Below, in pieces: positions 30,719 to 49,635 of a DNA stretch of 64,000 nt; position 1 is the first letter of the stretch, and the number at the start of each line of letters is the position of its first letter. The stretch covers positions 1 to 64,000 of the forward strand of contig ADNK01002519.1 of NCBI GenBank assembly GCA_000320545.1, read 5' to 3'. The translations under genes were made by a program, and so were the position numbers. This DNA is from Bigelowiella natans CCMP2755 (lineage: Eukaryota > Protista > Cercozoa). The notes under the pieces were generated by a model that saw only the letters and a list, made by a program, of their open reading frames with translations, did not search any database and was not told the DNA's origin.

Positions 30719-31944
30719 CGGGACTATTTATATGTAAATATATATCAGGTGATGTGGTTGTGGGAGGCACATAATAAGGTATTATGATGTAGCAGCCAGC
30801 TGTAGTTTGTAGTTAACAATAGAGGCCAAGTACAATGATGATCATGATGAGGGTGAGAATGAATATATGATGATGATGATGATGATGATGATGACGATGA
30901 TTCTCAGGTAAATAAGCGAGTTGGTGCTCAAGAGCAGGAGTATGGAGGAGATCCTTCTTTCCCCAAGGTAGGTAGTAGTAGTAGTAGTAGTAGTAGTGTT
31001 AAGCATTCGCATCACTTTTCAAAAGTCAATGGTTTTCTTCCTGCGAGAACAGCATTGCTCGAATTTATGACTGAAACATTTTTATTATCGATGCTTTGCT
31101 TAGAACTCTGATGAGTAATTTGAATTCCAAATAATGCCAGAATAATGCAAATATTTGTTCTTCTGAAGCACATAATTCAACCTCACATCTCTTCATCAGT
31201 ATATATACATACACCACATATCATGTCTTTCTGATGCCTTGAGATTCATATATCATTATCATTAACTCATCATCATTCTCAATACTGCTAGTATTGTAAT
31301 TTTTGTCTTCATTCCTTTTTCATGTTGAAAGATGATGATGATGATGATGATGATGACGACGATGATGAGGGGGGGTTATCATTCTCATCCTAATCATTAT
31401 CATCATCATCATTATCATCATCATCATTATCATCATCATCATTCATCCTCGTAACAGGCGCAATGGCCGACAAAGCAGCTTTGCCCTGGGTGCTACAAGG
31501 AAGGATGGATATCAGGAGAAGCTCATGGCAAAACTGAAACATTCCAATTTCTGCTTAGATTTTATGCTCCTAGATTTCAAATGTCAAGGGGCGATAGCTC
31601 ACATCTTCTAGGTGTATCTAGCATTAGTGGTAGTAGCAGTAGCAGTAGCCATGGAGGGGGATTAAGTGTAGCTCATGCTGCAAATAATGAACGAAGAGAA
31701 GAAATACTGCGGCGGAAGGAGGCTCTTGAGGAGGAGAGAGCGTAAGCAATCATACACTACTCGATATGATGATGATGATGATGATAATGATGATGATGAT
31801 GATGATGATAATGATGATGATAATGATCTTAGCATTAAATTGCTACAATTGATATGTCAGGTACTATCGAGGGTTTTTAGGCACAGGGTGATGTTTTCGA
31901 TAATTCTCATAAGATAGTGCAGCCACTTTGACGAAGAATAGAGA

Positions 31945-31984
<40 letters not shown>

Positions 31985-32051
31985 AGAGAGAGAGCATGCC
32001 CTAAGAAAGCGACAAAAAAATCAGATTTCTACTGATAATGATATTTTATTC

Positions 32052-32089
<38 letters not shown>

Positions 32090-32447
32090 AATATACATAA
32101 TACGCATACATGATAATAATTCTAGCACTATATGTTTCTTTGACTTACAATATTGGGAAAGATACTCGTGGCAATTTTTGGTCGAGTGCGTGTTGATAGC
32201 TTACCTCGCATACACATACGGATATGAGGCCTATGAGTGGATCAGAGAAAAGTATAAGGTCATGATGAAGCATGATGCAGCATTACCTCCTGTACATAGT
32301 AATCGACGATTTCTTACTGATTAGTTTTTGTACTTCCTTTTATCCTCTCGTAGATGTTGTTTGTTTGCTTTCCACCACTCATGCATTCAAACTATTTCTT
32401 ATCAGGTTTGGGCCCGGAGAAGAAAAAAGGCAAAACATTATCTTTGA
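26396..32447 (+). CDS. QSOX: Quiescin sulfhydryl oxidase (thioredoxin + Erv/ALR domains) with signal peptide and C-terminal membrane anchor; multi-exon
   Basis: Signal MASARQRCRGLLLALLTAALP; LVEFYADW/CPHCQQFAP; KIDCA; GHTRGYTCGLWTLFH; FFGCDSCRRHF; MWLWEAHNK/VNKR; DPSFPK/AQWPTKQLCPGC; ends VWARRRKKAKHYL-TGA at 32447. Confidence 0.92.
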
Positions 32448-32549
32448 TGAAAGAAGCAGCAGCGAGCCAATAATATCTAGTTATGAAGCAGTATAAGCAA
32501 GTGGTGGCCTTTATTGGAGTTTATTAATCAAAGTTTAATTTATACGATA

Positions 32550-33400
32550 CTCGCGAAATGTATGTGTGCATGTCGAGCTGCATACTAGCTAACTAGCATG
32601 TCTGGCATCTCCCAGCTTCCGTCTTGGTGTACAGATGATATATACATATATATTTTTCTATTTGAGACGAATGTAATGCCATGATCAAATCTTCTCAACG
32701 GTCATCCTAATCTAGTAATGTAGCTATGACACTTTCTGAATACATACATGTGCTCGATGGCCGTCGTGTCACGATCTAGCAATGGCCACAGCACAGCCAC
32801 ATGCAACTACTAGAACTAATAGAGAACCAAGGCGGACCAAGCAGATATCTAGTAGATCTTAGAGATGGTCGAGTGGTAGCTACTAGGTGTACGATACGTC
32901 GTATATAGCAGCGCACTAGCTGTAGTGCATGCCTTGAGATTGTAATGCTAGAACAAGAGAATGGGCAAGAATAATATCTAGACATGCTAGCATGGCAAGC
33001 GACGATGTCAGAGCAGCTATACGCTACTACGCTTTAGCCCTGCTAGCCTATTACTATAGCTAGATAGATAGCCTGCATGCGCGATGCATTGCGAGACGTA
33101 CATACTTACGTACAAGGCTAGAAGGCCATTAGCTCCATGCACTAGTGCAGCTTGTACGTTGTCAGTGTTGACACACGCGACTCGTCTTGTCGCTCTATCA
33201 TGGCGGATTTTTGGTGTGATGACAACTAGACAACTCTAGAACTGCTAGACTGCACATGCTTGCTTCCACTAACAGCTCTCTCTAGCTCTACCTGTCGTGC
33301 ATCAGTTGTGTCGGCTCGCTACTATACCGTAAATAGAAAGTGGCTAACACGCACACAGGCACATATACAGGCGCAACACACATAGCCGCCAATGACAGAA
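32550..33400. other. Convergent-junction palindrome-rich tract 5
   Basis: Dense ctag/catg/gcatgc/acgt between the QSOX stop (32447) and the ArfGAP stop (33643). TA is not depleted in this tract. Confidence 0.8.
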
Positions 33401-33642
33401 ATAATGGTGCATCAGCAAATTGTAAGAATCAATCATGAAGCCACCTATTCATATGTCTTATGTGGCAACTCATGAATTATAACAACTTGACAAATATCTA
33501 TTGGGATCGGTAGGCTGTTTGGAATAAGTAACGTCAAGTATTGCTTTATACATATTGAAGCCATGCAACATATATATGTTACATAAAACTCTCTCTCCTT
33601 GCCCTTCTACTACTACTACTACTACTATTACTACCATACCAT

Positions 33643-34947
33643 CTAGCGCTTGCCACCAATCTTTACTGGAGATACAACTTCAGTTTCATCGTCCATGTTT
33701 AGATCATTGAAAAAATCATCGTCTTCCCATCCAGTACTCACAGAGGGTTTGGTAGTAGTAGCAGCAGTAGGTTGCTTAGGGTTAGAGTACGAGGAGGAGG
33801 AGGAGGGAGTTTGGATTTTTGTTTTCGTGGTCACAGCAGCAGCTGGTTGCTGATTTGAAGATGGCTGTGAGTTGTTCCACCCGTTATTATCATTATCTAG
33901 CTCCTCTTCACCATCATCATCATCATCAAACCCTGCAAAACCAGTGTTACTTCCTGATGATTCCTTCTTCTTCTTCTTCTTCATTGCTACTGAGGATGCT
34001 TTGTTAGAGGAAGACGATGAGTTATTATTCGATGATCCGACTGCTTTCGGACCCCCTCCTCCAAATTTAGCTCTCATTCTTTCACGAGCTGCTTCAGTGA
34101 GTCGTCGTTGTCGTTGTATGTATTCTTGTTCTGTCTCTCCTCGTAGTCTTTCAACTCCATTAGGATCTCCACGATCTTCTTTATCTCTTCTATTACCACT
34201 ACTGCTATAACTGTTTCTACTTTTGCTTTCAGAAGCAGAGCCCATGGAGCCCATGGAGCCCATGGAGTTCATACCGCCATTTCCAAATTTGGCTTTCATT
34301 CTCGCTTTTGCTTCTGCTTGGATCCTTCGTTGTCTTTCGATATACTGCCGCTCAGATTCTCCTTGAAGGCGCTCGAGAGAATTCACATCGCCCTGAGGTG
34401 CTCCTCCTCCCCCTCCTCCACCTCCTCCTCCACCCGATGCTGATGATGCCGTATTTCCATAGTTAACCTTCGATCTTTGAAGATTTCCAATAGGGAGATC
34501 AAAACCACCACCACCTCCACTTCCCGACCCTCCTTCATTGGCAAGCTCAGAAACTTTTGAAACTGCTTGATTGAAGAAAGACGACATTGCACTCCAACCC
34601 GTGCTTGCAGTTTCCTGGAGATTTTTCTGCAAGTTCTTGGTCGCATCGCTTTGTTTCAAGTGAGCAATCCCTTCTCGAGTGTGGGAAGCAACTTTATTCG
34701 TCACCTGACCAGCAATTTTGGTTGTTTCCTGTAAAGCTGACCCCAGCGTTGAAGACATGTCATCCCACCAATTCCCCCCCCCTCCTCTTCCTCCTCCTTG
34801 GCTCCCCATTCCTCCATAACTCGATCCACCCCCCATTCCGCCATATCCTCTGCTGCTGCTGCTGCTGCTGCTGCTACTTGTGACACCGGTGAAGGGATTG
34901 TCAGGTTTCGCCTCTCGTATCACCTAGGAGTCATCATCAATGTATTA

Positions 34948-34986
<39 letters not shown>

Positions 34987-35871
34987 AAGTATTGATAGTA
35001 GTAACTATATAAGTAAGTCATATTCAGTAAAGAGCGAATAGTCTCCTTACAGTAGAAGCCTACGTAGACAACAACAATAACAACCACCTGGGCTGGTTTC
35101 TCGTAGCCTATTTTTGGTATGGCTCGAGGTGCCTCTCCCGCGCAAATCTTGGACAGATTCTCTCGATACATTTCCAGAGCTTTTTGGTGATATTTGTCCT
35201 GTGAAGGTACATCAAGGTATGATGATATTGTAGATTTGACCAATTCAATTCGCCACATCTCCCCGCACCTTGATTGATATTCCAGACGGAAAGCCTTGTT
35301 TCTTCAGGAACTCCCGGAGGCGTCGGTTACCACCATTCTATTTCATTATTAAGAAGCCATTATGAGATCCATATAAGACAAATTCTAAGCATGATATGTA
35401 CGACCTTCATTTTTGCGAGTTGTTTTGGATACCAGCCATCCATCGTTACGGACCGCACAAAGCTACATGTATGAGCATTATAATATCATTGCATTTCGAA
35501 ATAAATAAATTCTTCATTCGAATCGTTCGATTAATCAAAGAACCTTATATGAACACCCAGTGAACGATGGACACCGGAGCATTCGATGCAGATAAACGTA
35601 CCGTAGCTCACTAATGTTGTTGATTGACGACAGGAATAACAGACGTTTATGATTTATGCATAATATTATTTCCAAAAATTTTACAACCTGATGCCCACTG
35701 TGGATGTTTGCGGTCGCAGTCCATGCAAACCTATGATGCTTTTGTTTGATTCAAGCTAGACAGCGAACACACCATTTTTGCAGATAAGCACGGCTATCAG
35801 TTCCAAACCTGATTATCCTTTTCACTCTGCAGCTTTTTGAACACTGCATCGGTCTGAGGTCTTGGAAGCAT
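33643..35871 (-). CDS. ADP-ribosylation factor GTPase-activating protein (ArfGAP1/Gcs1-like); multi-exon
   Basis: [75 protein letters not shown]; long low-complexity C-terminal exon. Confidence 0.9.
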
Positions 35872-36441
35872 TACTTCTTTAAACTCTCAGCTGCTATTCT
35901 CTTTAAGAACGTGGCCAGTAGGGGGGCCGGAAAGCTATGCAACTACCTGAGCAGGCAGCACTGTCTTCCTCCCTTTCTTTTCTTTGGATCTTCAAAACGA
36001 CAAGATTGTATCGATGAAAATGAATAAATCACTCAGATACACACATACGACAAGGAAATGCATGACACTAAATGCAAAAATTGAAAACTTCAGAAGTAAT
36101 TCTGTGTTTCAGGAGACTGAAATAACTTAGTGAAGCAGCAGCTTCGTTAGGAGTTATCCACTGGTAGTTGTCTCATACTTCGAGTTCCCTCCAAAATATT
36201 TAAGAGATATACGGTCGAATAATGCACAAAATCAAGATACATACGTTGTCGTTCAATGATAAAGAAATGAAATCTATCATTTCGGAGAATTTCATGGCTT
36301 TATATGTAGAAATATCCTTGATTTAAAGAAGGCGACATGTGATATATATGAGAGACACTGGAAACTGCAACGAGCGTCTGGCTCTCCCCTGAAGAAGGGC
36401 CCCTGGAACAGCGAGCATTGTGCTCTGGGCACTCCATATCT

Positions 36442-37332
36442 ATGTTTCTCTCATCGAATTGGAAAGGGCTGTACTCGAAGGCCACGGCAAAAAGTTCACG
36501 TAAACGGAAACGTCGGCAGCAGGAGGCAGCTACGGGTGTCGGCGACACAAACAGCAAAAGGAGGAGCAAAGCAGGGGGTGGTACATCAGCTGGAAAATCA
36601 CGTCAGAATGCGATTAAAACTGCAGTGATTGCGATGGACTGCGAGATGGTTGGAGTTGGCAAAAACGGAAAAAGATCGATGCTCGCTCGATGTTCAATCG
36701 TAAACTTCAGGGGAGAGGTGCGGTGTACTACACATAGCTCTACCTGTTTTCGCGACTGTGTGAGGATGATGGTGATAATAATGATGAAAACTTAGTATTA
36801 CGATTGAATTGACATATAATGATAGGTACTGTATGACAAATATGTCGAACCCATGGAGAGAGTTACGGACTACAGAACAGAGGTAATTTTTTATCTAACG
36901 ATGACACATTACCCATCCTAGTCATTAATTGTGTAGTGCCAGTAGTAGTAGCAGCAGCAGCAACACGCTTCTTACTCTCAAAGTAATCCATTAAGGTAAG
37001 TGGGATAACACCAGAGCTTCTAGCTGGGCCTGATGCAGTTAGTTTCCGGCAGTGCCAGAAAGAGGTCATTGTCTATCATTAAAAGTAGCAGCTAGCGATG
37101 TGACGAATACATCGCCATCAACACCCGTCGCCATGACAAAATTTTGGCTCATATTTCACGTGCTATCCTATTGTATTCTTACAATTGAAGTCGTTATTTT
37201 AGGTTGCAAGCCTTCTTGAAAGACGAGTCCTTGTTGGACATAGCTTGGAAAATGATCTCAAGTGTCTATTCCTTACGCACCCGAAGCGCCTCATTCGTGA
37301 TACTGTACGTCTTTCTCTCTCATTCTCTATCG

Positions 37333-37388
<56 letters not shown>

Positions 37389-37957
37389 TTCACATCCACA
37401 CACAAACACACAATGTATCGTGAGTCTCTAAACCACTGCCACCCATCATCATAATCGTTCGCATCACCCAATAGGCTTATTACAAGCCTTTGTGTCCGAA
37501 GAGGCCAAAAGCATTGAAAAAGCTCGTGAAAACGTTCCTAGGAAGAAGTATTCAAACTGGGGAGCACAGCTCAGTGGTGGACGCAGTATCTACTCTGGAC
37601 CTATATAAACGCTTCATGGATGGATGGGAAAAAGGCCAGAAAAGTTACTTTGTAAATAGTAGTAACACAAGTGGTAGTAGCAAAAACAACAAATCAAGTA
37701 AGGCTGCTAGCTCTACGTTGCCACTTCAGACACAAAAAACCATGATTGAGGAGAAAAAGGAGAAGGGGAAGGTGATAAAGGAACAGGCAAAAAACACGGA
37801 AAACAAGCAAAGCTCTCACAAAAAAAGTAAAAGACAAAACACAAATGATCCAACAAAAGTAAGTAAACAAAAGCGGACAAAGAAGGCCAAAAAAAAGTTA
37901 AGTAAGAAGAAAGGATCTTCGAGGAAAAAATCTTCGATGCAGAAAAAAAATAAATAA
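36442..37957 (+). CDS. REXO4: RNA exonuclease 4 (DEDDh)
   Basis: N-terminal SSNWK; [60 protein letters not shown]; Lys-rich tail. Confidence 0.93.
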
Positions 37958-37979
37958 AATGTTTGTCCGAAGCCGGCCT

Positions 37980-38570
37980 CTTCTCCCATGTGATGACGCA
38001 TGTTGTGAGGATGTAATGATGTAAGAAATGCAGGACACAGAGTGCAGAAGAACAAGGCATTGGATCAGACTTCGAAGTTAATTCCGATCTACTACACATC
38101 AATATACAATGGCAACTACCAGATGTAGTACGTGGGTGCAATGATGACCGCACGACCGCTACCAACACATGCAACACTGATAAATCATGCGCTCATCATT
38201 GCAGCAAATGACCACACACGGGCGACATGCTAGCATTGTGTTCGCATTCATCATTGGCGCAACAATCGCACATCGAGTGCTCGGCTCATGTGGTACGTCC
38301 GGTAGACGCAGCCATTGAATGTGACATTGTCAAGCAAGCCACTCGCTCGCATGCAGCTCTAGCAGAGCTAGGCAGACAGGTGCCAGCATGCTGCATGTCC
38401 AAGGATCGATGTCATCACGAGCATGGCACATCATGCTGAATTGCAAACAAAGAGGCAATCATCACTTAGTTGTCTGTCACGTGTACATGTACGCTTCTAG
38501 ACTAGGCTTACTGCATGGGACGAATAAGTGAGTGCATGATGATCGAAAGCATCTAGCTATTCATTGTGTG
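37980..38570. other. Convergent-junction palindrome-rich tract 6
   Basis: catgctagca, gcatgc, tgca clusters between stops at 37957 (+) and 38585 (-). Confidence 0.75.
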
Positions 38571-38584
38571 ACACACGATATGTT

Positions 38585-44900
<6,316 letters not shown>

Positions 44901-45492
44901 GTGCAGAGACGAAGTGGGGGAGGCAGAGAGATAGACCACGTGCCGATGGGTGCTTGCAGCTCGATCAGCGTTGCTTCAGTTCCGTATCAACAACAGGAAA
45001 TAGCGCTCAAACTCTACAAACGTAGGTCATTTTGTTCCTCCGACAGCATCTTACAGAAGATTCTCGCAATCCATATCAGTTCTTGCTTGCGACAAGGAAT
45101 AGTAGTCGTCGTATGGTGCAGTAGCGCTTTCTATCCGCCGTTACTTCTACTCCAGAAATTACGAAATATATCTTATAATAACATAGAGAGACATGTGATT
45201 TTAGTTGTCGCACAAATCATACCGCACAATCTCATCCTCGTAGAAACGCACACCGGTTCGCTCGGTAAGAGGGGGGACGAAAGGGGAGGGGAGCAAGGAT
45301 GATAAGTGAATTTGTACGAAGCCAAGGATATAATTCTTCAATTAAAGCAATCGTGAACAATTTATTTTGAATTGAATTGAATTTCCATACCGAGATTCGA
45401 CTGGCTTAAATCACCATTGCCACAATCGTAGTGACGTGTGAATTGTGATGGGTGCGTGTGTGTGTGTTGTGTTAAGGTGGATCGTCCTCACT

Positions 45493-47760
45493 ATGCCATC
45501 AAATCGCGTTCAAGTTGCGATTCGGACGCGCCCTACATCAAATTTTGCAAGGAGTGAACTTAAAATCGACAACAAGGGCAACAACATCAATGGTAAAGTT
45601 ACTCCTTCATCTTCAATAACAGCTGTAATTTCTAATTTGCTGTGACAATAATTGTGTTATGATAACTCCAGTTCATGTTGCAAGGGATATGTCACAGTAT
45701 GTAAATAATAAGCAAGAGGATTGGGCCTTCAAGTTCAATAATATCTTACACAACGTCGATCAAGAAGTTACCTACGAAACTTGTGCAGAAGATATTGTCA
45801 ATTCTGTGCTCCAAGGGTATAACGGGACTATCATGGCTTACGGACAGACGGGTGCTGGTAAGACCTTCACGATGATGGGAGGCACGCAAAGCTACAAATA
45901 TCGTGGGATTGCTCCACGAGCTGTTGCACATGTATTTAGACACATTCAAACGAACCCGCAGGTTGCAGTATCAGTAAAGATTTCCTACTTGGAAGTGTAT
46001 AATGAGCAGTTTTTCGATCTGTTGCAAGAAAACACAAGACTTCAAGATTTAGCGGTCATGGATGATCCTCATGGCAACGTGTTCGTGAAGGGATTGAGCA
46101 TGAAGACTGCGACATGCGAGGAAGAAGCATTGAACCTGCTCTTTGAGGGAGAAACAAATCGGGCAATTGCAGAGCATCAAATGAACAAGAGCTCGACACG
46201 CTCCCATTGTGTTTTCACTATGCATCTCGACATTCGCTCAAGGATTGAATCGAGTGAGAAAGTCGTACGGAGTAAATTGAATCTTGTAGATCTTGCAGGA
46301 TCAGAGCGGGTTAAGAATACTGGATCAAGTGGGAAAACACTGCAGGAAGCAAACTACATTAACAAGTCCCTTACATTTTTGGAGCAAGTTGTGATTGCAC
46401 TCTCCAGCAAAACAAGAGATCACATCCCTTTTCGTCAGTCTAAGCTCACTAATGTTCTGAGAGATAGCCTTGGTGGAAACTGTAAGACTCGATTGATCGC
46501 AAATATCTGGTGTGAGTCACGCCATATACATGAAACAGTCTCAACGCTGAAATTCGCAACTCGTATGATGAGAGTAGCCAACACTCCCACAATCAATGAA
46601 CGTCAAGACCCTGCGATGCTCTTGAAAAAGTACAAGAGGCAAGTCCGTGAGCTCCGTCAGGAGCTCGCGATGCATGATTCTCTTGCCAATAGATCCAATA
46701 TCCAGTACGACGACTTCAGCCCCGAACAGCGACAACAAACCTATGAAATGGTGGATGGTTACGTTAAGGGAGAAGTAGAGGAAATTGAAATCGTCAATGT
46801 GCGGCAGATCCAAGAAGTATTTAAGCAGTTTAAAATATACGTTCAAACTATGCACAAATCCGGAAGCAGCTTGCCGGGGATGAATCAAGGAAAGAGTAGT
46901 GCGGGAGGCAACGATGCAAAACGAGGAGGAGGAGGGCCTGACTCGAAGAGAGGCGCAAAAGAGGCGAAGCAGCCACACAGCGGAGGTCCTGGAGAAGGCT
47001 TTGTTGGTGAGCTCGATATGGCCGCAACAGGGTTTCATCTTGGTCAAGCTGACTCAGGGGCTGCTCCTCCCAAACTTGAGGACGGATCCCAACCCAATAT
47101 GGCAGCCAAAGCTTCCTCGCCCAAGGAAGAATCAGGCAAAACCGAAGCGAAAACTGCTGCATCTGATGGAAAAGTAAGTTGTTTATATTTCTGCCTTTTT
47201 TCGTAGAATCTAGAGTCACTTGATATTCTTCTGATGGCAGCTGTTTCCTCGATGATAATTACAGGGATCTCCCACCAGACGTAAGTCTGTTTCTGCACCG
47301 ACAGAAGAAGAAGCTTTTGAAGACTATAAAAAGGGCCAGGGAACCGATTTCAATAAGGTTGTTAGTCTATCCTACGCATTTTGCCTTTACACCGAAGATG
47401 AGATTATATCATTTCGTTCCTGCGAGAACACCAGCAGTATAAATTAGTATCTCTAATCCTTCTTGTGTCATAAATAAATCATCAGATGTTCGAAGAAAAT
47501 AAGAAGGACTACCAGGCAAAGAAGCTGGAGCTTAAGAGTCTAAGTAACGAAGTAAATAAGCTCAAAGGCGAGATAGACAAGGTAAGAAAGCACTATTACG
47601 AAATGCCGACAACATATGCTTATTTACAATAAAATGTTTGTGACAAAATAGGTGACTGCTGAACTTGAAGCCTTGAGGGCATCCCAGGGCGGAGACGCAA
47701 ATGCATCATTATCACCAGATGGCATTCCTGTCATTGATGAAGAAGAGTAAGCACATACAC

Positions 47761-47797
<37 letters not shown>

Positions 47798-48506
47798 ATA
47801 AGAAATCAACAACCACGATCAATCGCACATGAATTCCTGGTCTCTCAATTTCTTCATCTTCGGAGTCCAATTTAATAGTGCTGCAAAAATGTGAGTGGTA
47901 CTGACAACACGTTGATGTCGACAATCATCCAGGTTCAAGTTGATACGTAACTTAAAAACAAAGAAAAAGGGTTACCAATCCGCATTCCACATGCGAAAAA
48001 TGGTGAAGAACGAAGTGTCGTACCTGAAGAGCTTAGTCAAGCAATCAAAGCTCAAGCTGTGCTCAGCTTTTTTAGAGTGGTATGTCCTCTCTCCCTTAAG
48101 TATTTGTTAATTTTAATATCGATCATTTCTGATTTATTGCTATTCTTCAAGGTATCGTGCTGAATATGGTGATCCAACCAAAACACGTCATTCAGACGCC
48201 CCTGGCCCTCAAATCCCAGACAATGGTAACAACGCATGAAGCCTCCATGCCTGTATGAGGGAAATGTGTTGCTAATTCTAATGTATACAGGTGCTGAAGA
48301 TGTTTTAGACGATGCAGAGCAGTTTGATAACTTAGAACGACAGAGGATTATGGAAGAGGTACATTATCATTCATGTTATCGATGTTATTTCACAATTTCT
48401 TGATGAAACATGTGTTTGTCAGGATCCAGATAGCCTTGCATTTTTCAACGCAAGGAAGACAATGGTTGCTACTATGAAACGAAAGAAAATCAAGGGTAGA
48501 TTTTAA
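45493..48506 (+). CDS. KIF9: Kinesin-9 family motor (KIF9/KLP1-like)
   Basis: VQVAIRTRPT, P-loop GQTGAGKT, SSTRSH, LVDLAGSER, HIPFRQSKLT; KIF9-type NNKQEDWAFKF and ELAMHDSLANR; C-terminal DPDSLAFFNA; stop at 48506. Confidence 0.92.
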
Positions 48507-48569
48507 ACTCACTCTTATCGGAAGTTCATCCTGTTACATCGAATTGGCGAACAAGTTTGGATGAGTAGG

Positions 48570-49540
48570 AGAAACACAAGCATGCTAGCACCAGCTTTGT
48601 TCCCGCCATGCAGCATGCATTGCACATTATTATGCACCTTGACAGCCATAGCATGCATGTAAGCTTGCCATGTGAGCACGTCTACATCTGGTAGACATGC
48701 ATGCGATGCCCTGATCGATCGCATGTGAGATGCAACAACTCGCGCCGCATACTAGCATGAACCAGCTGCTAGCTAGTGAAAGACATACACTCGATCTAGC
48801 ATAGAGCTGCATGAATGCATGAAAGATTCCCGCCCGCCACCGTGTCACCAGCTAGACAGCACACTAGCTGGCACATTAACAATAGTCTATAGTATTAATA
48901 TAGCCAAGCCTGTACGTGAATTGCTAAATAGCGCTATAGATGTAAGACAGATGCATAACAAATCAAATTGATTTGATTCCATGGTCATCTTCATCATGAT
49001 GTAGCTAGCTGTGCGATGCAGTAAGCAGTGGCTACAGCGATGTGCTACACACGCATTGCGCACGTACGACCATCTCTAGATCTAGCCATGCTGCTGTGGC
49101 ATGGCAAGTCGAGGCCCGATCGATCATTGAAGATAGATGCTTGAGCTCGTTGTGGCTAGCAATGCCAAGATCTATAGGCCCAGCCATGCTTGCATGGCGT
49201 GAGTGAGAGACACAATCTAGCAATTTGCACTTCAGCTAGTCAGTGCCATGGCAAGCGAATGCAAATTTGCTAAATGTTATTGCTGATGAGCTCCACTATA
49301 ATAAGTATCTAGTTACACGTGACAAGAAAGTCTAGAAGTGCTGCGCGCTAGTCTGCTAACAGAAGTACGATACGGACTCATTACATTCAATTCTTAAACA
49401 CATTTTGCATAGCCTCAAATATCCACTAGGGCGCGATGACATGCTACAGCCCATCCATCATGGCGACACATACAGTCGTACACTGGTCGCATGCCACATA
49501 CACGCATTGTCAATTATCACATATTTCCACGGAGTGGTTT
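48570..49540. other. Convergent-junction palindrome-rich tract 7
   Basis: About 16 CTAG by hand count in 48581-49360, plus many gcatgc/catg; between stops at 48506 (+) and 49636 (-). Confidence 0.85.
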
Positions 49541-49635
49541 GCATGATTGTTCCGAATTCAAGGATTTACAAATACGTCGTTGGAGACACATTCATTGAAA
49601 GGAGGAGGATGGTACGTGCCTTCTCCACTGGCCAC

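Noticed and set aside
31100-31170. Box C/D-like tgatga...ctga in a QSOX intron
   Set aside because: tgatga is ubiquitous because of (GAT)n repeats; no terminal stem or rRNA guide could be identified.
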